Notes: generated by a model not told the origin, from the sequence alone. Positions 1-12,759 are shown, numbered from the stretch's first letter. The stretch is DNA of 58,927 nt from an uncultured Actinomycetes bacterium (GCA_963824995.1 CAWGRK010000010.1:62001-120927), one strand, 5' to 3'. Program-made: numbers and translations.

Positions 1-209
1 CCAACGGAGTTGTACGCCTTCTCACCGGCGAGGACCTCGAGCCATTCGATCCGGCGATCTCCTCCATACGCCCGCTCGACCGCGGCATCGAACACCCGGC
101 TGGCGGCGGCCCAGATGTCCGGGCCTATCCCGTCCCCCTCGATGAAGGGGATGATGGGATCGTCTGGCACCTCCAGTCGGTCCGCACCCATCGTGATCGC
201 CGTCGACAT
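1..209 (-). CDS. icd: NADP-dependent isocitrate dehydrogenase, 5' part (runs off window)
   Basis: Manual translation [44 protein letters not shown]...[19 protein letters not shown] upstream. Confidence 0.9.
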   Translation of the reverse strand, partial: MSTAITMGADRLEVPDDPIIPFIEGDGIGPDIWAAASRVFDAAVERAYGGDRRIEWLEVLAGEKAYNSV

Positions 210-301
210 TCGGTTGGCTCCTCGTGCTTGCCGTGGCGGCGAACCCTAGGTCGTCGCAGGCCTGATCCGTCTTGGCGTCACCCGACGCGGTAGTAGCGCG
301 C

Positions 302-1173
302 TCAGTGACGCCAAAGCTGGGTTTGCTCGGCGGCGGTCACCGTGTTGACCAGCAACATCGCCCTCGTCATCGGGCCCGATACCGCCGGGGACCGGGGTGA
401 TGGCGCCGGCGACATCGCGTACCGCTTCGAAGTCGACGTCGCCACGCAGACCATCTTCCGTGTCCGGGTGGTGCCGACGTCCACCACCACGGCACCCGGC
501 TTGACCAGATCAGCGGTGATCAGACTCGGGTACGCCGACGGCGCTCACCAGCAGATCCGCCTCGCGGGTCAGCGCACCGAGATCGGGTGTCCGCGTGTGG
601 GCGATCGCCACGGTGGCGTCGGCGCCACGGGCGCTGAGCATCAGCGCCAGTGGCCGGCCAACCAGGAAGGAGCGGCCGACGATCACGGCGCGGCTGCCGG
701 ATGTCGTCAGCCCATGATGCTCCAAGAGTCGGAGGATTCCGCTCGGGGTGCACGGTCGCAGACCGGAGCGGCCGAGAACGAGCAGACCGAGGTTGTATGG
801 GTGGAGACCGTCGACGTCCTTGGAGGGGTCGACTCGTTCGGTGATGGTGTCGGAATCGAGTCCCTTCGGGAAGAGGAAGCTGCACCAGGATCCCGTGGAC
901 GGCGGGATCGTTGTTCAGACTCGTCGATGACCGCTTCCAGGTGCGCACGACCGGTATCCGCCGGCAAGTTCGTGATGGATGCTGCGGATGCCGACCTCTT
1001 CGGCGTCGCGTCGCTTGTGCCGTACGTAGAGGTGCGACGCCGGGTCGTCTCCCACCAACACTGTGGCGAGACCCGGATCCACTCCCAAGAGACCGCAGAG
1101 CCGCCACCCGGAGGGCCACCTCCGACTTGACCTGACTCGCCACCGGGCGGCCGTCGAGGATCGCCGCGGTCAA
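302..1173 (-). CDS. folD: Methylenetetrahydrofolate dehydrogenase/cyclohydrolase (apparent frameshifts)
   Basis: Segments across frames: [63 protein letters not shown]; follows purH. Confidence 0.9.
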
Positions 1174-1210
1174 CGTCGGACCACCGAATAGGTCGGAATG
1201 GTCACCGGGA

Positions 1211-2757
1211 TCAATGAAGGAAGTGCCGTTTGCCGGTGAAGACGAGTGCCATGCCACGCTCCTCGGCGGCGGCGATGACCTCTTGGTCACGAACCGAGCC
1301 CCCAGGCTCGATGACGGCGGAGACACCGGCGGCGGCCAGCGTGTCGATGCCATCCCGGAAAGGAAAGAGCGCTTCGCTCGCCGCCGAGCCACCACGGCGC
1401 ACGGTGATCAGCCCGTCGCACTGCCCTCTCGGCTGCACCCACCCGGCTCTGGTCGCCGGCACCGACGCCGATCGCGGTTCGGTTCGTCGCGATCACGACC
1501 GCATTCGACTTGGTGTGGGCGGCGACGGTCCAGGCGAATTCGAGGTCGGACCATTCGTTCGGGGTGGGCTGGCGGGAGGTGACAGTCCTCCAATCCGGAC
1601 CACGGACATCCAAACGATCTTCGTCTGGGCGAGGAAACCGCCGTCGATCGAGCGCAAGTTCCAGTCCATCGTCGTCGGGACGTGGGGCGACGACGATCCG
1701 CAAGCCCCTTTCTCTCGGCGAGCCTGGCGAGGCACCGCCGGCTCGACCTCGGGGACGATGACGACCTCGATGAAACGACTCGCTGCATCCGTTCGGTCGG
1801 TGGCGGTGTCGAGCGGGCGATTCAGTGCCACGACCCCTCCGAAAGCCGAGAGCGGGTCGCAGTCCCAGGCAGCGCGATAAGCGCCGTCGATGGCGGCCCG
1901 CACGGCGACGCCGCAGGGGTTGGTGTGCTTGACGATCACGGCAGTCGGATCGGAGAACTCCCATACCAGCCGCCACGCCGCACGGCATCGGCGTAGTTGT
2001 TGAACGACATCTCCTTGCCCTGCAGCACTCGGGCTTGTCCCCACCAGGCCTCGGCGCCCGAGATCCGGTAGATCGCCCCCTCCTGGTGGGGGTTCTCGCC
2101 GTAGCGGAGGTCGACGAACCTTTCGAGCGGCAGGACCATGGTCTCCGGCATCGCGCTCCCCTCGCCCAGCCAGGTGAGGATGGCGGCGTCGTAGCGGGCG
2201 GTGTGGAAGAAACGCCCGCCTGGCCAACCGACGTCTCAGATGCGTCGTCGAGCCCGCCCTGCTCCACGGCGATAGCCACCTCTCCGTAGTCATCGGGGCT
2301 GACCACCACGCCGACGCGGGCGTGGTTCTTGGCGGCGGCACGAATCAGGGCGACGCCGCCGATGTCGATCTGCTCGACCGCCTCGTCGTGACCGACCTCG
2401 GGACGCGCCACCGTCTCGGCGAACGGGTACAGGTTGACCACGACCAGGTCGATGAGGCCGATGCCGTGCGCCTCGAGATCGGCGAGGTGCTCGGGCCGTG
2501 CCGGATCGGCCAGGATCCCGCCGTGGACTGCGGGGTGCAGTGTCTTCACCCGTCCGGAGAGGATCTCGGGCGAACCTGTCAACGTCGGCAACAGGGGTCA
2601 CCTCGAGACCCAGCCTCGACCAGCGCGCGGCCGTCCCGCCGCTGGCGATCAACTCGACACCCTCTGCGATCAAGCGACGGGCCAGGTCGATCAGACCAGT
2701 GGTGTTCGGACACGGAGAGAACGGCTCGGCGGACCGCGGTCCTTTCGGACCACTCAT
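1211..2757 (-). CDS. purH: Bifunctional AICAR transformylase/IMP cyclohydrolase (apparent frameshifts)
   Basis: [56 protein letters not shown] in successive frames. Confidence 0.95.
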
Positions 2758-3363
2758 GCCCGTCCCAGATGACGCGACGCCCTTCGACGCGCAGGCGGTG
2801 GCGGGCGAAGGCAGCTGACGACGCCGGGGTACAAACGGTGCTCCTCGATCTGGATTCGGGAATGCAGGGTGTCGGGGGTGTCGTCCTCGAGCACGGCGAC
2901 CGGCTGCTGGGCGACTGATCGGGCCGTGGTCCACCTGCTCATCGACGAAGTGGACGGTCACGCCGGTGACCTTGACCCCGTGTGCCAATGCCTCCTCCAC
3001 GGCGCGGCTCCCCGGAAAGGAAGGGAGCAGCGACGGGTGGATGTTGAGGATGCGTTGGGGGAAGCGCTGGATAGCCGCCGAGGCCAGCACCCTCATGAAC
3101 CCGGCGAGCACCAGCGCCTCCGCCCCGTATTCCTCGGCAGCGTCGCAAACGGCGACCGTGAAACTCCCCCTGTCGGGAAACTCTGACCAGTCCACGACCA
3201 CCGCGGGTACACCGGCAGCTTCGGCCCGGTCGATGGCCTTGACGCCGGGTCGGTCGGAGATGACGACCGCCACTTCGTATGCCGCATCGGCCTCCGCAAC
3301 GAGCAGTGCCTCGAGGTTGGTGCCCGACCCGGACACGAGGACGGCGATGGGCATGGGCGACAC
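2754..3363 (-). CDS. purN: Phosphoribosylglycinamide formyltransferase (frameshift near 3' end)
   Basis: IAVLVSGSGTNL, LAGFMR, LNIHPSLLPSFPG, GVTVHFVDEQVDHGPI; start is GTG 3363 or ATG 3354. Confidence 0.93.
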
Positions 3364-3445
3364 CTGGACGGACGATCTTAGGGTCGCTCCGGCCTCGCAG
3401 CCCCGCACCCGCTAACTTGCCGACCCGCCGTAAGGAGGGATCAGG

Positions 3446-4267
3446 GTGGCGACGCAGGAAGAGTTGCTGGCGCCGTCTGCTCGACCGGGCGCTGACCGGC
3501 AACCCCGAGACCCTCGGAGCGACATCTCAAAGCCAACAGCAGGCTCCCCGGTCCACGAATGAACCTGTCGCTTGCCATGGCGGCGGGACGGGTCGCCGGT
3601 CAGACGGCGGCGAGGCCCGAAGCCGAGATGTCTCTGGAGTCGGTTCTCGACAGGTGGGCGGCAACGCCGGTCGAGCAGGCACCACCCAACGACCCAGGTG
3701 AGATCCTTCCCGCCGTCGCGGCTCTGGCATATGCCCAGGCTGGCGGTGACCCGGCCGGAGTGGTGGGACGACGAGCTGGCCAAGCTGCGCCGATCGGCCG
3801 GCGACACCCGCTGGCGGGTTCGCGAGATGGTCGCTGCTGGATTGCAGACCATGCTCGCTGCCGACTGGGACCGAACGTTGCGGCGCTCCGCTGCTGGGTC
3901 GCCGATGGACGACCACTCGAGGTTAGGGCGGCGGCGGCCGCGGTCGCCGAGCCGCCGCTCCTCGACGATCCCGATCGGGGCCGGGACGCGCTCGCCATCC
4001 AGGATGCAGCCGTCAGCGTCCTCGCCGCGGTACCCAGCCTCGGATCGACGCAATGGCGACGTGCGGGTCCTTCGCCGGGGCCTCGGGTACACGGTGGGTG
4101 TCGCCGTCGCCTCCATCCCGGAGCCGGGGACACGAACTGCTGCTGCGAATGGCTCAGTCCGGCGACCCCGATCTGGTATGGGTGGTGAGGGAGAACCTCA
4201 AGAAGGCGCGCCTGCGACGGATCCCCGAGATGACGGCCAAGGTGGCACCGCAATGGGGGATGCCTGA
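3446..4267 (+). CDS. Hypothetical alpha-helical (HEAT/ARM-like) protein (apparent frameshifts)
   Basis: AAGGAGG RBS before GTG; joined frames give NSRLPGPRMNL...DTRWRVREMVAAGLQ...VAEPPLL...LRRGLGY...WVVRENLKKARL. Confidence 0.6.
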
Positions 4268-4336
4268 TCCTCGGACGTGCGCGGCTCCCCACCGGGTGTG
4301 GGACCATGGCGTGGTCGGACAGAAGGGACTGAGACG

Positions 4337-5049
4337 ATGGACTGGACCGAGGCGGCCCGAGACCTCACCACCACTTGGGCCTGGCGCACCCGCCGCTGGC
4401 GATCAGCTTCCACTCCGACCCGCCCCCGGGGTTCCCGCATTTGACGCACCGATGTCCGATCCCACGATCGACGGCCGGAGCGGGCGGGTGCCTGCCTCTT
4501 GCGTCTTTTGGATGCATGCACGGATAGCCGTTTCTCAACCGTCGCCGCCGATCACGGCAATTGCAGCGTCGGTCGTTTCACCCATGGCTTCGCCGCCGCC
4601 GAGGACATCATCGACAAGGACGACGTCGCCACGCTGCTCGACGTGGGATGGGTCACGATGGAGGCGTTCGCCGAGGTACCGCAGGTGACGAACCGAACCG
4701 GGCGCCATCGTCTACGGACCGCTTGCCGGTGCCGATGAGCCCGACATCGTCTTCCTCCGACTCGACGCCCGCCAGCTCATGGAGTTGGCCGATGCCGTCC
4801 CCGACCTCGAGGTGACCGGAAAGCCGCAGTGCCAGATAATCCCTCGCGCTCTCGACAAGGGCCAGGTCGCCGCCAGCCTCGGATGTGCGCTGAGCAGGGC
4901 GCGGACCGGAATGGGGGACGACGAGCACACCTGCGCCATACCTGCTTCCGGCGGGTCGAGGAGATCCTGCAGCGGCTGACCGCGGTGCGGAGCCGCCGAT
5001 CTGGCGGTGGCCGGCTACGCCGTCGACGACGCCAGGCCGATTCGGGTAG
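4337..5049 (+). CDS. DUF169-like protein (apparent frameshifts)
   Basis: Joined frames: RVPASCVFWM, DHGNCSVGRFTHG, GKPQCQII, ASLGCALSRARTGM; Cys spacing typical of DUF169. Confidence 0.65.
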
Positions 5050-5068
5050 CGGGCGTACGGGCCCGAGC

Positions 5069-6932
5069 TCACCAGGCTCCTCCGCCTCCGCCGCCGCCGC
5101 CTCCGCCACCGCCGCCGCCACCGGTGAATCCCCCACCCGAGCCGCTCGACCCCGGCGGGGTGAAGGCACCGGACAGGGCGCTGTTCAACCCGCTGAAGGT
5201 GTTCTCGCTGAGCCCTCCGCTCATCCCCTGATGTCCGTACCAGTAGATGGCGCTCGGACTGGTGCAGTTCCTCGGGGGCATGGAGGCGAGCCGAGGCCAG
5301 GATCTCGTCGGCGATCCCAAACGCAATGGCGTAGACGAGGTAGCGCTCCCAGAGGGCGAGCGAGATCGAGGGCGCCTCTTCAAGCCGTGAGAAGTCGCGC
5401 AGGTAGCGACGGAACGCCTCCCATCGTTCGGTCTCCAGCATGCCATCCGGTGTTCGCTTCACCCAGGTCCGGCGGAAGGCCCAGATGAAGAAGAAGAGAA
5501 CGGCGTTGATGGCGAGGACGGCGATGGCGAGCTGGGACGAGGACCGATGAGAACCCGGTCTCTGTCCTGGTAGCCAGCCAGATCGAATCCCACGGCGACG
5601 ACGCCGGCCCCGATGGCGATCGTCACCGGCACACCCCGGCGAGACCTGGTGAGCAGCTTGCGCTCGATGAGAAGTTCCGGGGTCTCTCGACGGAAAGTCC
5701 TGATACGAGGTGGCGTTGGCTCGCACATCGTCCCTGATCCGCTCGCGGAATTCCGTGATCGCCACCGGGCCGTCCTCGAGGACCCTCCGCATCACCGCCA
5801 TGACCGGTTGTTCCACCGCGTCGACAGTGTCCTCGGTGCCGAGCGACAGTTCGAGGTCGGAGACCGTCTCGGTGCGGAGTCCCATCCAGGTCTTCCGCTC
5901 GATCTGGACCGAACGGGCAGAGATGACACGCCTGCGGATCAGGTCGAACAGCGTCGCGGTGAATTCGGGAGTTCCCACCACGCCCTGGGTGCGCAAGCGC
6001 GCCGACCAGGGCGGGGGGAAGATCGGACGGCGGCTCCTGCTCGTACTCGCGGTCGTATGCGACGTTGGGCTCGCGGCCCCATCGCAGGTAGCCGAACAGC
6101 CACGTGAGCGGGGCGGGAAGAGCAACCAGCCCGATCAACCCGAACATCATGAGGCGTGTGTTGGCGGCATCCCTGCTGGCCTGCTCCGCGGCCCGCTCCT
6201 CCTCGGCGCGGATCTCGGGCAGCCCGTCTCCCTCCCTGACCCGGGTACCGCGCACCGACTCGAGAGCATCTCTGCTGAAAGCCACCCGGAGCTCGACCCA
6301 CTGCCCGGCGGGAACATCGGAGGCCTCCAGCTCTGGAGACCGACCGTCGGCACCGAGCGACGTTGTGCCCTCGACCGAAGCCGGGTGGCCCCAGACAAGG
6401 ACCTGTTCGGGTGTGCCGGGGACGGTGAGGCGGGCGGTGAGCCGGTCCACCGGCACCTCCCACTCCGATCCCCAAACCTGAATATTGATGTCGACGACGT
6501 CGTCCCAAGCCGTGGCCAGATCGGTGAACCGGTAGCTGACGGTGAAGGTTCGCTGCTCGTCGGTCGCCTGGTAGTGCCACACAACCCGGAGCCGGTCGCC
6601 CAGGTCCTTGGTGCCGAATGTGCCCGGCGACCCGCTCGAGCCAAGCTCGGCCGATGCACCCGGCCGGTAGTTGGCTCCGCTCCTCGCTGACGCCGACGTC
6701 GCTGATCGATTCGCCGCCGCCAAGAGGGATCTCGCGGTAGGCACCGGAGAACGAGCCGTCGAACGAGAACGTGATCCGCTCTGTCACGATCACGGAACCG
6801 TCGGGCGAGACCTGGATCTCGACGTCGGCGGACGGAAGCTCGAACTCCTGTGCCAGTGCCGGGCCCGCCGTCAGCAAGACGGATTGCTGCACCGAGCAGG
6901 CACCCAATCAGCCAGCGGCGGGCGGTGCGCAT
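5069..6932 (-). CDS. DUF2207 family membrane protein (apparent frameshifts)
   Basis: DGSVIVTERITFSFDGSFSGAYREIP, YDREYEQEPPSDLPPALVG, LWERYLVYAIAFG and C-terminal GGGFTGGGG...GGAW; next to lemA. Confidence 0.85.
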
Positions 6933-6942
6933 CTCGCCTCGG

Positions 6943-7498
6943 TCAGAACTGGACCCTGGGCGCCTCGTCGGCTTCCGCCGGGGCCTCGAAGAAGGGACGA
7001 ATCGAGAAACCGGTTGAGCCGGCAACGAGGTTGCTCGGGATGCTCTGCACCCGGGTGTTGTAGGTCAGGACGCTGTCGTTGTAGATCTGGCGGGACACGG
7101 CGATCTTGTCCTCGGTCTCGGCCAGCTGGGCCTGGAGGGCGGCGAAGTTCTCGCTAGCCCGCAGCTCCGGATAGGCCTCCGCCGAGAGCGAAGAGTTGGC
7201 GTAGGGCACCGGTGAGCATGTTCTCCGCCTGCGCCTGTTCCTCGATGGTGCCCGCGGAGACCGCGGCATTGCGGGCCTCGACGACACGCTCGAACGTCTC
7301 CTGCTCGTGGGAGGCGTATCCCTTCACCGTCTCCACCAGGTTGGGCACGAGGTCGTACCGCCGCTTCAGTTGGACCTCGACCTGGGCCCACGAGTTGTCC
7401 ACCCGGTTGCGATGCTTGACCAGCGAGTTGTAGGTGAGAACCACCCACAAGACGAGAAGCACCACCACGGCGATGACGATCCAGCCAATCGGATCCAC
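6943..7498 (-). CDS. lemA: LemA family protein (one apparent frameshift)
   Basis: N-terminal [52 protein letters not shown]. Confidence 0.92.
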
Positions 7499-7628
7499 CT
7501 AATCACTCCCTCGACGCAGGTCCGGGAGTGTATAGGTCGCTGGGTTGTCGCCGACTCCCTTCCGCCGCGGGCCGCTCGGCCTTGCAAGGCACTCCGCCGG
7601 TGACGCGGGGGAGGGGGCGGCTCGGCAC

Positions 7629-7712
7629 CTGTTGGGAGTTCGGCAGTCCCCCCGCGTGGGGGACCCGCTGCTCCGCAGCGGGTCCCGTTGCCGCTCCTGC
7701 TGGGGAACGGAG
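7629..7712. repeat. REP-like palindromic intergenic element
   Basis: CTGTTGGGAGTTCGG...GGGACCCGCTGC-TCC-GCAGCGGGTCCC hairpin; similar sequence at 11142 and 31849. Confidence 0.55.
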
Positions 7713-7744
7713 TCAGAATCGCAGCGCGTCTTCACCTCCGTGTT

Positions 7745-8487
7745 TCAGCGGACTGCGTCGGGGAGGCTGTGGGTCATCGATCTCCACGCCTCGATGACGG
7801 CGATGTCTCCCTCGGCGGATAGCGAGCCGGCGGTCCTGCCCACCATGTCGAGGTAGAGGTCCGAGGCCGTCCCCGAGATGGTGGCGTCTCCATCCGCTCC
7901 ACCGGCTCGTCCCAGGGTCACACCGCCGTCGGCGCCCTGTGGCGAGGCGCCACGACGCCGGCTGATCTGTAGCCGACAGCGTGAGGGCCGTTCCCGGTTC
8001 GCCGAGGTTGGCCGTTGTGAGGCGGAACGCCGGTAGCTGCGCAAATTCGTCGATCGCCTCTACGGCCAGCTCGGGATCGATGGCATTCGGCGGGCCCGTG
8101 CGCAGACTCGGCATCCCATCGGTGGATGGAAGTCTCCACCGCCATGCGACGCTGCCACCACCCCACACTGCACGAGGGGACCAGACCCCATACCTCCGTG
8201 GCGGAGTCCGCTTCCTCGAAGGCCTCGGCCATCGCATCGAGCCCGTCGTCGTACCAGGCGAGTACCTCGTCGGGCTCGTCGGTGTCGGGGTACACCCGAT
8301 CCACCGGTTCTTGGGCGCGTTCCTCGACGATGCGCAGAGTCCTCCGATGGACGCTGCCGACGTGGACAACAAGGTCGGCGATCGACCAACCCGGGTACCG
8401 GGGCACGGGGCGGGTGGGGTCGATCCGGGCGGCACGTCCGAGGGCAGCGCCCTCAGCCCGGATCAGCTCGAGGTGTCGTGGGGTCAC
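7745..8487 (-). CDS. Maleylpyruvate isomerase N-terminal (MDMPI/DinB-like) family protein (apparent frameshifts)
   Basis: [53 protein letters not shown] overlap with the sucD stop. Confidence 0.8.
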
Positions 8488-9420
8488 GGTCCGGATCCGC
8501 CCAGCGCCTCGACCATCGCCTCCCCCATCTGGGTGGGCGTTGGGGCCACGGCGATCCCGGCGATCTCCATGGCGGCGATCTTGTCGGCGGCGGTGCCCTT
8601 GCCGCCCGAGATGATCGCCCCGGCATGACCCATCCGCCTTCCGGGCGGTGCGGTGGTCCCGGCGATGAACCCGGCCACCGGCTTGTCCATGTTCTCGGCG
8701 ACCCACGCCGCGGCGTCCTCCTCGGCGGTGCCGCCGATCTCACCGATCATGAGCACCCCTTCGGTCGCCGGGTCGTCGTTGAACAACCCGAGGGCGTCGA
8801 GGAAGTTGGTGCCGTTGACCGGGTCGCCGCCGATGCCGATGGCGGTCGTCTGACCCAACCCGAGCTGTGGTCAGCTGCCAAACCGCCTCGTAGGTGAGGG
8901 TTCCCGACCGGCTCACCACCCCGATGCGGCCCGGCTGGTGGATGTACCCGGGCATGATCCCGATCTTGCATTCCTTTGGGGTGATCACACCCGGGCAGTT
9001 GGGACCGACCAGGCGTACCGGTCTGCCCTCGAGGAAGCGCCGGACCTTCACCATGTCCTGTACCGGTATGCCCTCGGTGATGCAGACGATCAGCCCGACA
9101 TCGCTGTCGGCTGCCTCCATGATGGCGTCGGCGGCAAACGGGGGCGGGACGTAGATGACGCTGGCGACGGCGTTGGTCGCCTCCACCGCCTCGGCCACGT
9201 TGTGGTAGATGGGTAGCTCCACCCGGTAGGTATCGGGCCTACCCGGGACACCGGAGTGATCGGTGTCACCCGTGAAGCTCTGCGTCTCGCCCGCCCTGCT
9301 GGGGTGGACGGCGCCCACCATCTGCGTGCCATATGCGATCGCCTTGTCGGTGTGGAACTGACCGGTCTTGCCCAGCCCCTGGATGATGACTCTGGTGTCC
9401 GAGTCCACCAGGACGCTCAT
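8484..9420 (-). CDS. sucD: Succinyl-CoA ligase alpha subunit (one apparent frameshift)
   Basis: [38 protein letters not shown] phospho-His motif. Confidence 0.95.
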
Positions 9421-10648
9421 GACGCCAGCTCCACGATCTTGCGGGCACCTTCGAGCATGTCCGGAGCGTTGACCACGTCGAGACCGGACTCGTCGATGAT
9501 CTGCTTGCCGAGTTCGACGTTGGTCCCTTCGAGCCGTACCACCAGGGGCACCTCGAGCCCTACCTGGCGGACCGCCTCGACCACCCCGGTAGCAATCGTG
9601 TCGCAGCGCATGATCCCGCCAAAGATGTTGACGAAGATCCCGCGCACATTGGCGATCCTTGGTGATGATGCGGAATGCCGCAGCCACCTGCTCGGCGTCG
9701 GCCCCGCCCCCGACGTCGAGGAAGTTCGCCGGCTCACCCCCGACGTATTTGATGATGTCCATGGTGGACATGGCAAGACCGGCGCCGTTGACCATGCACC
9801 CGATCGTCCCGTCCATCTTGACGTAGGACAGCCCATGCGTGGAGGCCTCGATCTCGGCCGGGTCCTCCTCGGTGGGGTCCCGTCAGCTCGGCCAACTCGG
9901 GATGGCGGAACAGTGCATTGGCGTCGAAGCTCATCTTTCCGTCGAGCGCCATGACCTCCCCCGCCGTGGTGACCACGAGGGGGTTGATCTCGATCAGGTC
10001 GGTGTCCCATTGCGAGGCGGCCGCCGCCAGCGAGTGGTGAGAAATCGCGTGCCATTGCCGTAGGCGTCTCCGGTGAGCCCCAACCCGTATGCGATCGCCC
10101 CCGCCTGCCAGCCTCCCGAGCCCGATGGCCGGGTCGATCGTCTGCCGGATGATCTTCTCCGGGGTCTCCTCAGCCACCTCTTCGATCTCGGTGCCCACCC
10201 TCGGTCGAGGCCATGACCACGTTGCGGCCGACGCTCCGGTCGAGCACGATCGATAGGTAGAGCTCGCGTTCGATGTCGATCCCCTGCTCGACGTAGAGAC
10301 GGTTGACCTGCTTGCCTTCGGGACCGGTCTGAATGGTGACCAGTGTGGAGCCGAGCATCCTCTCGGCCAGCTCCCTCACCCTCGCCTCCGCCGCCTCGAT
10401 CGCCACCGTCGATCCCCTCGGTGACCACGCTGACGCCGCCAAGATCGGGGAACTCCTTGAAGGTCCCCTTACCCTCTCCCGCCGGCATGGATCTGACTCT
10501 TGGCCACCACCACCGGGTTGCCGGTCGCCTCCACCAGGGGACGCACCGCAGCAGACCGCCTCCTCGGGGGTGTCGCCACCTTCCCCTCCGGCACCGGGAT
10601 CCCCTTCGCCGCCATCAGTTGCTTCGCCTGGTACTCGTGGATCTTCAT
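9417..10648 (-). CDS. sucC: Succinyl-CoA ligase beta subunit (apparent frameshifts)
   Basis: [68 protein letters not shown]. Confidence 0.95.
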
Positions 10649-11043
10649 GTCACCTCTCGGGCACGTTCGCTCTCTATCCAGTCGATGATCTCGCCAAGCG
10701 GCGATCCCGGGGTGAAGATCGCGGCGATACCGGCCTCCTCGAGCCGCGGAATGTCGGCGTCCGGTATCACCCCACCGCCGAACACGACGATATCGGCAGC
10801 GTCACGCTCGCCGAGAAGCTCGACCACGCTGGGAAACAGTGTCATGTGCGCTCCGGAGAGAGCAGACAGACCGACGGCGTCAACGTCCTCTTGGACTGCC
10901 GCCTCGACAATCTGCTCGGGAGTCTGGTGGAGCCCGGTGTAGATGACCTCGTACCCGGCATCGCGAAGCGCTCGTGCGACCACCTTGGCGCCCCGGTCGT
11001 GCCCATCGAGCCCTGGCTTGGCGATCAGGATCCGGCGGGACAT
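10645..11043 (-). CDS. Stand-alone cobalamin-binding subunit of an acyl-CoA mutase (MCM C-terminal/IcmB-like)
   Basis: [12 protein letters not shown] (DxHxxG B12 motif), [18 protein letters not shown] overlap with sucC. Confidence 0.9.
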   Translation of the reverse strand: MSRRILIAKPGLDGHDRGAKVVARALRDAGYEVIYTGLHQTPEQIVEAAVQEDVDAVGLSALSGAHMTLFPSVVELLGERDAADIVVFGGGVIPDADIPRLEEAGIAAIFTPGSPLGEIIDWIESERAREVT

Positions 11044-11264
11044 GGCCCGTTGAGGCTAGTGATGGCCTGCGGGGACGGAGAGACGCCGTGAGGCGCGGGG
11101 GCTGGTTCACTTCCAAAGGTGCGAAAGCCGCGTGTCGAACACTGTTGGGAGGTCGCCAGCCCCCCTGCGGGTGTGACGGAGAAACGGGTCGTCCCCCGCG
11201 GGGACCGAGCGTGTCTTCCGTCTACCCGTTTTCCGGCCGTGGTCTGCCGTCTACCCTTCGAGTC

Positions 11265-12379
11265 GTGACTTCTCCTCTCCATGCCATCACAGCACTGGGG
11301 CAGTCGATCTGGAGCGATCAGCTCTCTCGGTCGATGCTGACGAGCGGCGAATTGGCTCGCCTCATCGATGAGGATGCGGTGACCGGAGTCACATCGAACC
11401 CGACGATCTTCGCCGGCGCCATCACCGGGAGCGACGACTACGACGACCAGCTTGGACGAGTTGGCGGGTCGGGGCGCGGACACGGTCGAGATTGTCACCG
11501 CCCTGATGACGGCTGATATCCAGGCCGGCTGCGATGTGTTGCGACCGGTCTGGGAACGGACCGGTGGAGGCGACGGGTACGTCTCCGTGGAGGTCTCGCC
11601 GGATGTGGCAAGCGACACCGAAGCGACCATCGCCGAGGCGCGCGATTGGGTGAAGAAGGTGAATCGTCCCAACCTGTATCGTCAAGGTCCCGGCGACACC
11701 GGCGGGAGTGCCTGCCATTCGCCGGCTGATCGGCGAGGGCATCTCGATCAACGTCACACTCATCTTCTCGCTCGACCGCTATCGGGAGATCATGGAGGCC
11801 TACCTCACCGGGCTCGACGACTACCGCAGTAGCGGTGGACGCCTCGATGGGGTCATATCGGTCGCCTCGTTCTTCGTATCCCGGTTCGACACCGAGGTCG
11901 ACCCAAAGTTGGAGCGGATCGGAACCCCGGAAGCGCTCGAGTTGCGTGGGCAAGACGGCAGTGGCAAACGCTCGGGTGGCGTACGGGGACTTCCTCGACA
12001 CGTTCCGAGGCGATCGCTGGACCGCGCTCGCAGCCGCCGGGGCGCGCCTGCAGCGGCCGCTCTGGGCGAGCACCAGCACCAAGAACCCGGATTACCCCGA
12101 CACCATGTACGTCGATGCCCTGGTGCAGCGCGACACCGTGGACACCATGCCGCTCGAGACGATCGCCGCAGTCAAGGACCACGGCAACCCTCACCCCAGG
12201 ATGTTCGGCAAGGATGACATCGCTGAAGCGAGAGCCACGTTGCAGCGCTGGGCGAGGTGGGCATCGACTACGACGACGTGGTCCAGACCCTGGAGGACCA
12301 GGGAGTCGAAAAGTTCGCCGCCTCGTGGCGCGAACTGGTCGATGACGTCGACCAGGCTCGAAGCGCCCACCGGCATTGA
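11265..12379 (+). CDS. tal: Transaldolase (apparent frameshifts)
   Basis: [55 protein letters not shown]. Confidence 0.93.
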
Positions 12380-12759
12380 CCGAACGTCAGATCGTCTCCT
12401 CGGGGTCGCCTTTCGAGCCGGTGATCGGTTTCAGCCGCGCCCTACGTGTCGGGGAAAGGGTCCTTGTCTCGGGTACGGCACCGGTCTGGCCCGACGGGAG
12501 CTGTGACCCCGACCCGGCCGCCCAGGCGCGCCGCTGCCTGGAGATCATCCTCGACGCCCTCGATCAGTGCGGAGCCGGATCAGACGACATCATCCGGACA
12601 CGCGTCTACCTCACCGACGCCGCCGACTGGGAAGCCGTGGGACTGGTTCACGGAGAGGTGATGGGCGACAACCGCCCGGCGTCGACGTTGGTCGTGGTGT
12701 CTGCGCTGCTCGACCCGCGCTGGAAGGTGGAGATCGAGGCGGAAGCATTGCTCGATTGA
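12376..12759 (+). CDS. RidA/YjgF family protein
   Basis: SSGSPFEPVIGFSRA, VSGTAP, RPASTLV, KVEIEAEA. Confidence 0.88.
   Translation: MTERQIVSSGSPFEPVIGFSRALRVGERVLVSGTAPVWPDGSCDPDPAAQARRCLEIILDALDQCGAGSDDIIRTRVYLTDAADWEAVGLVHGEVMGDNRPASTLVVVSALLDPRWKVEIEAEALLD

Noticed and set aside
5075..5125. (CCG)n-like microsatellite
   Set aside because: Encodes the normal poly-Gly C-terminal tail of DUF2207 proteins.
11044..11264. Possible cobalamin riboswitch upstream of the B12-binding gene
   Set aside because: No B12-box or core riboswitch motifs recognised; the region is explained by a REP-like element and promoters.
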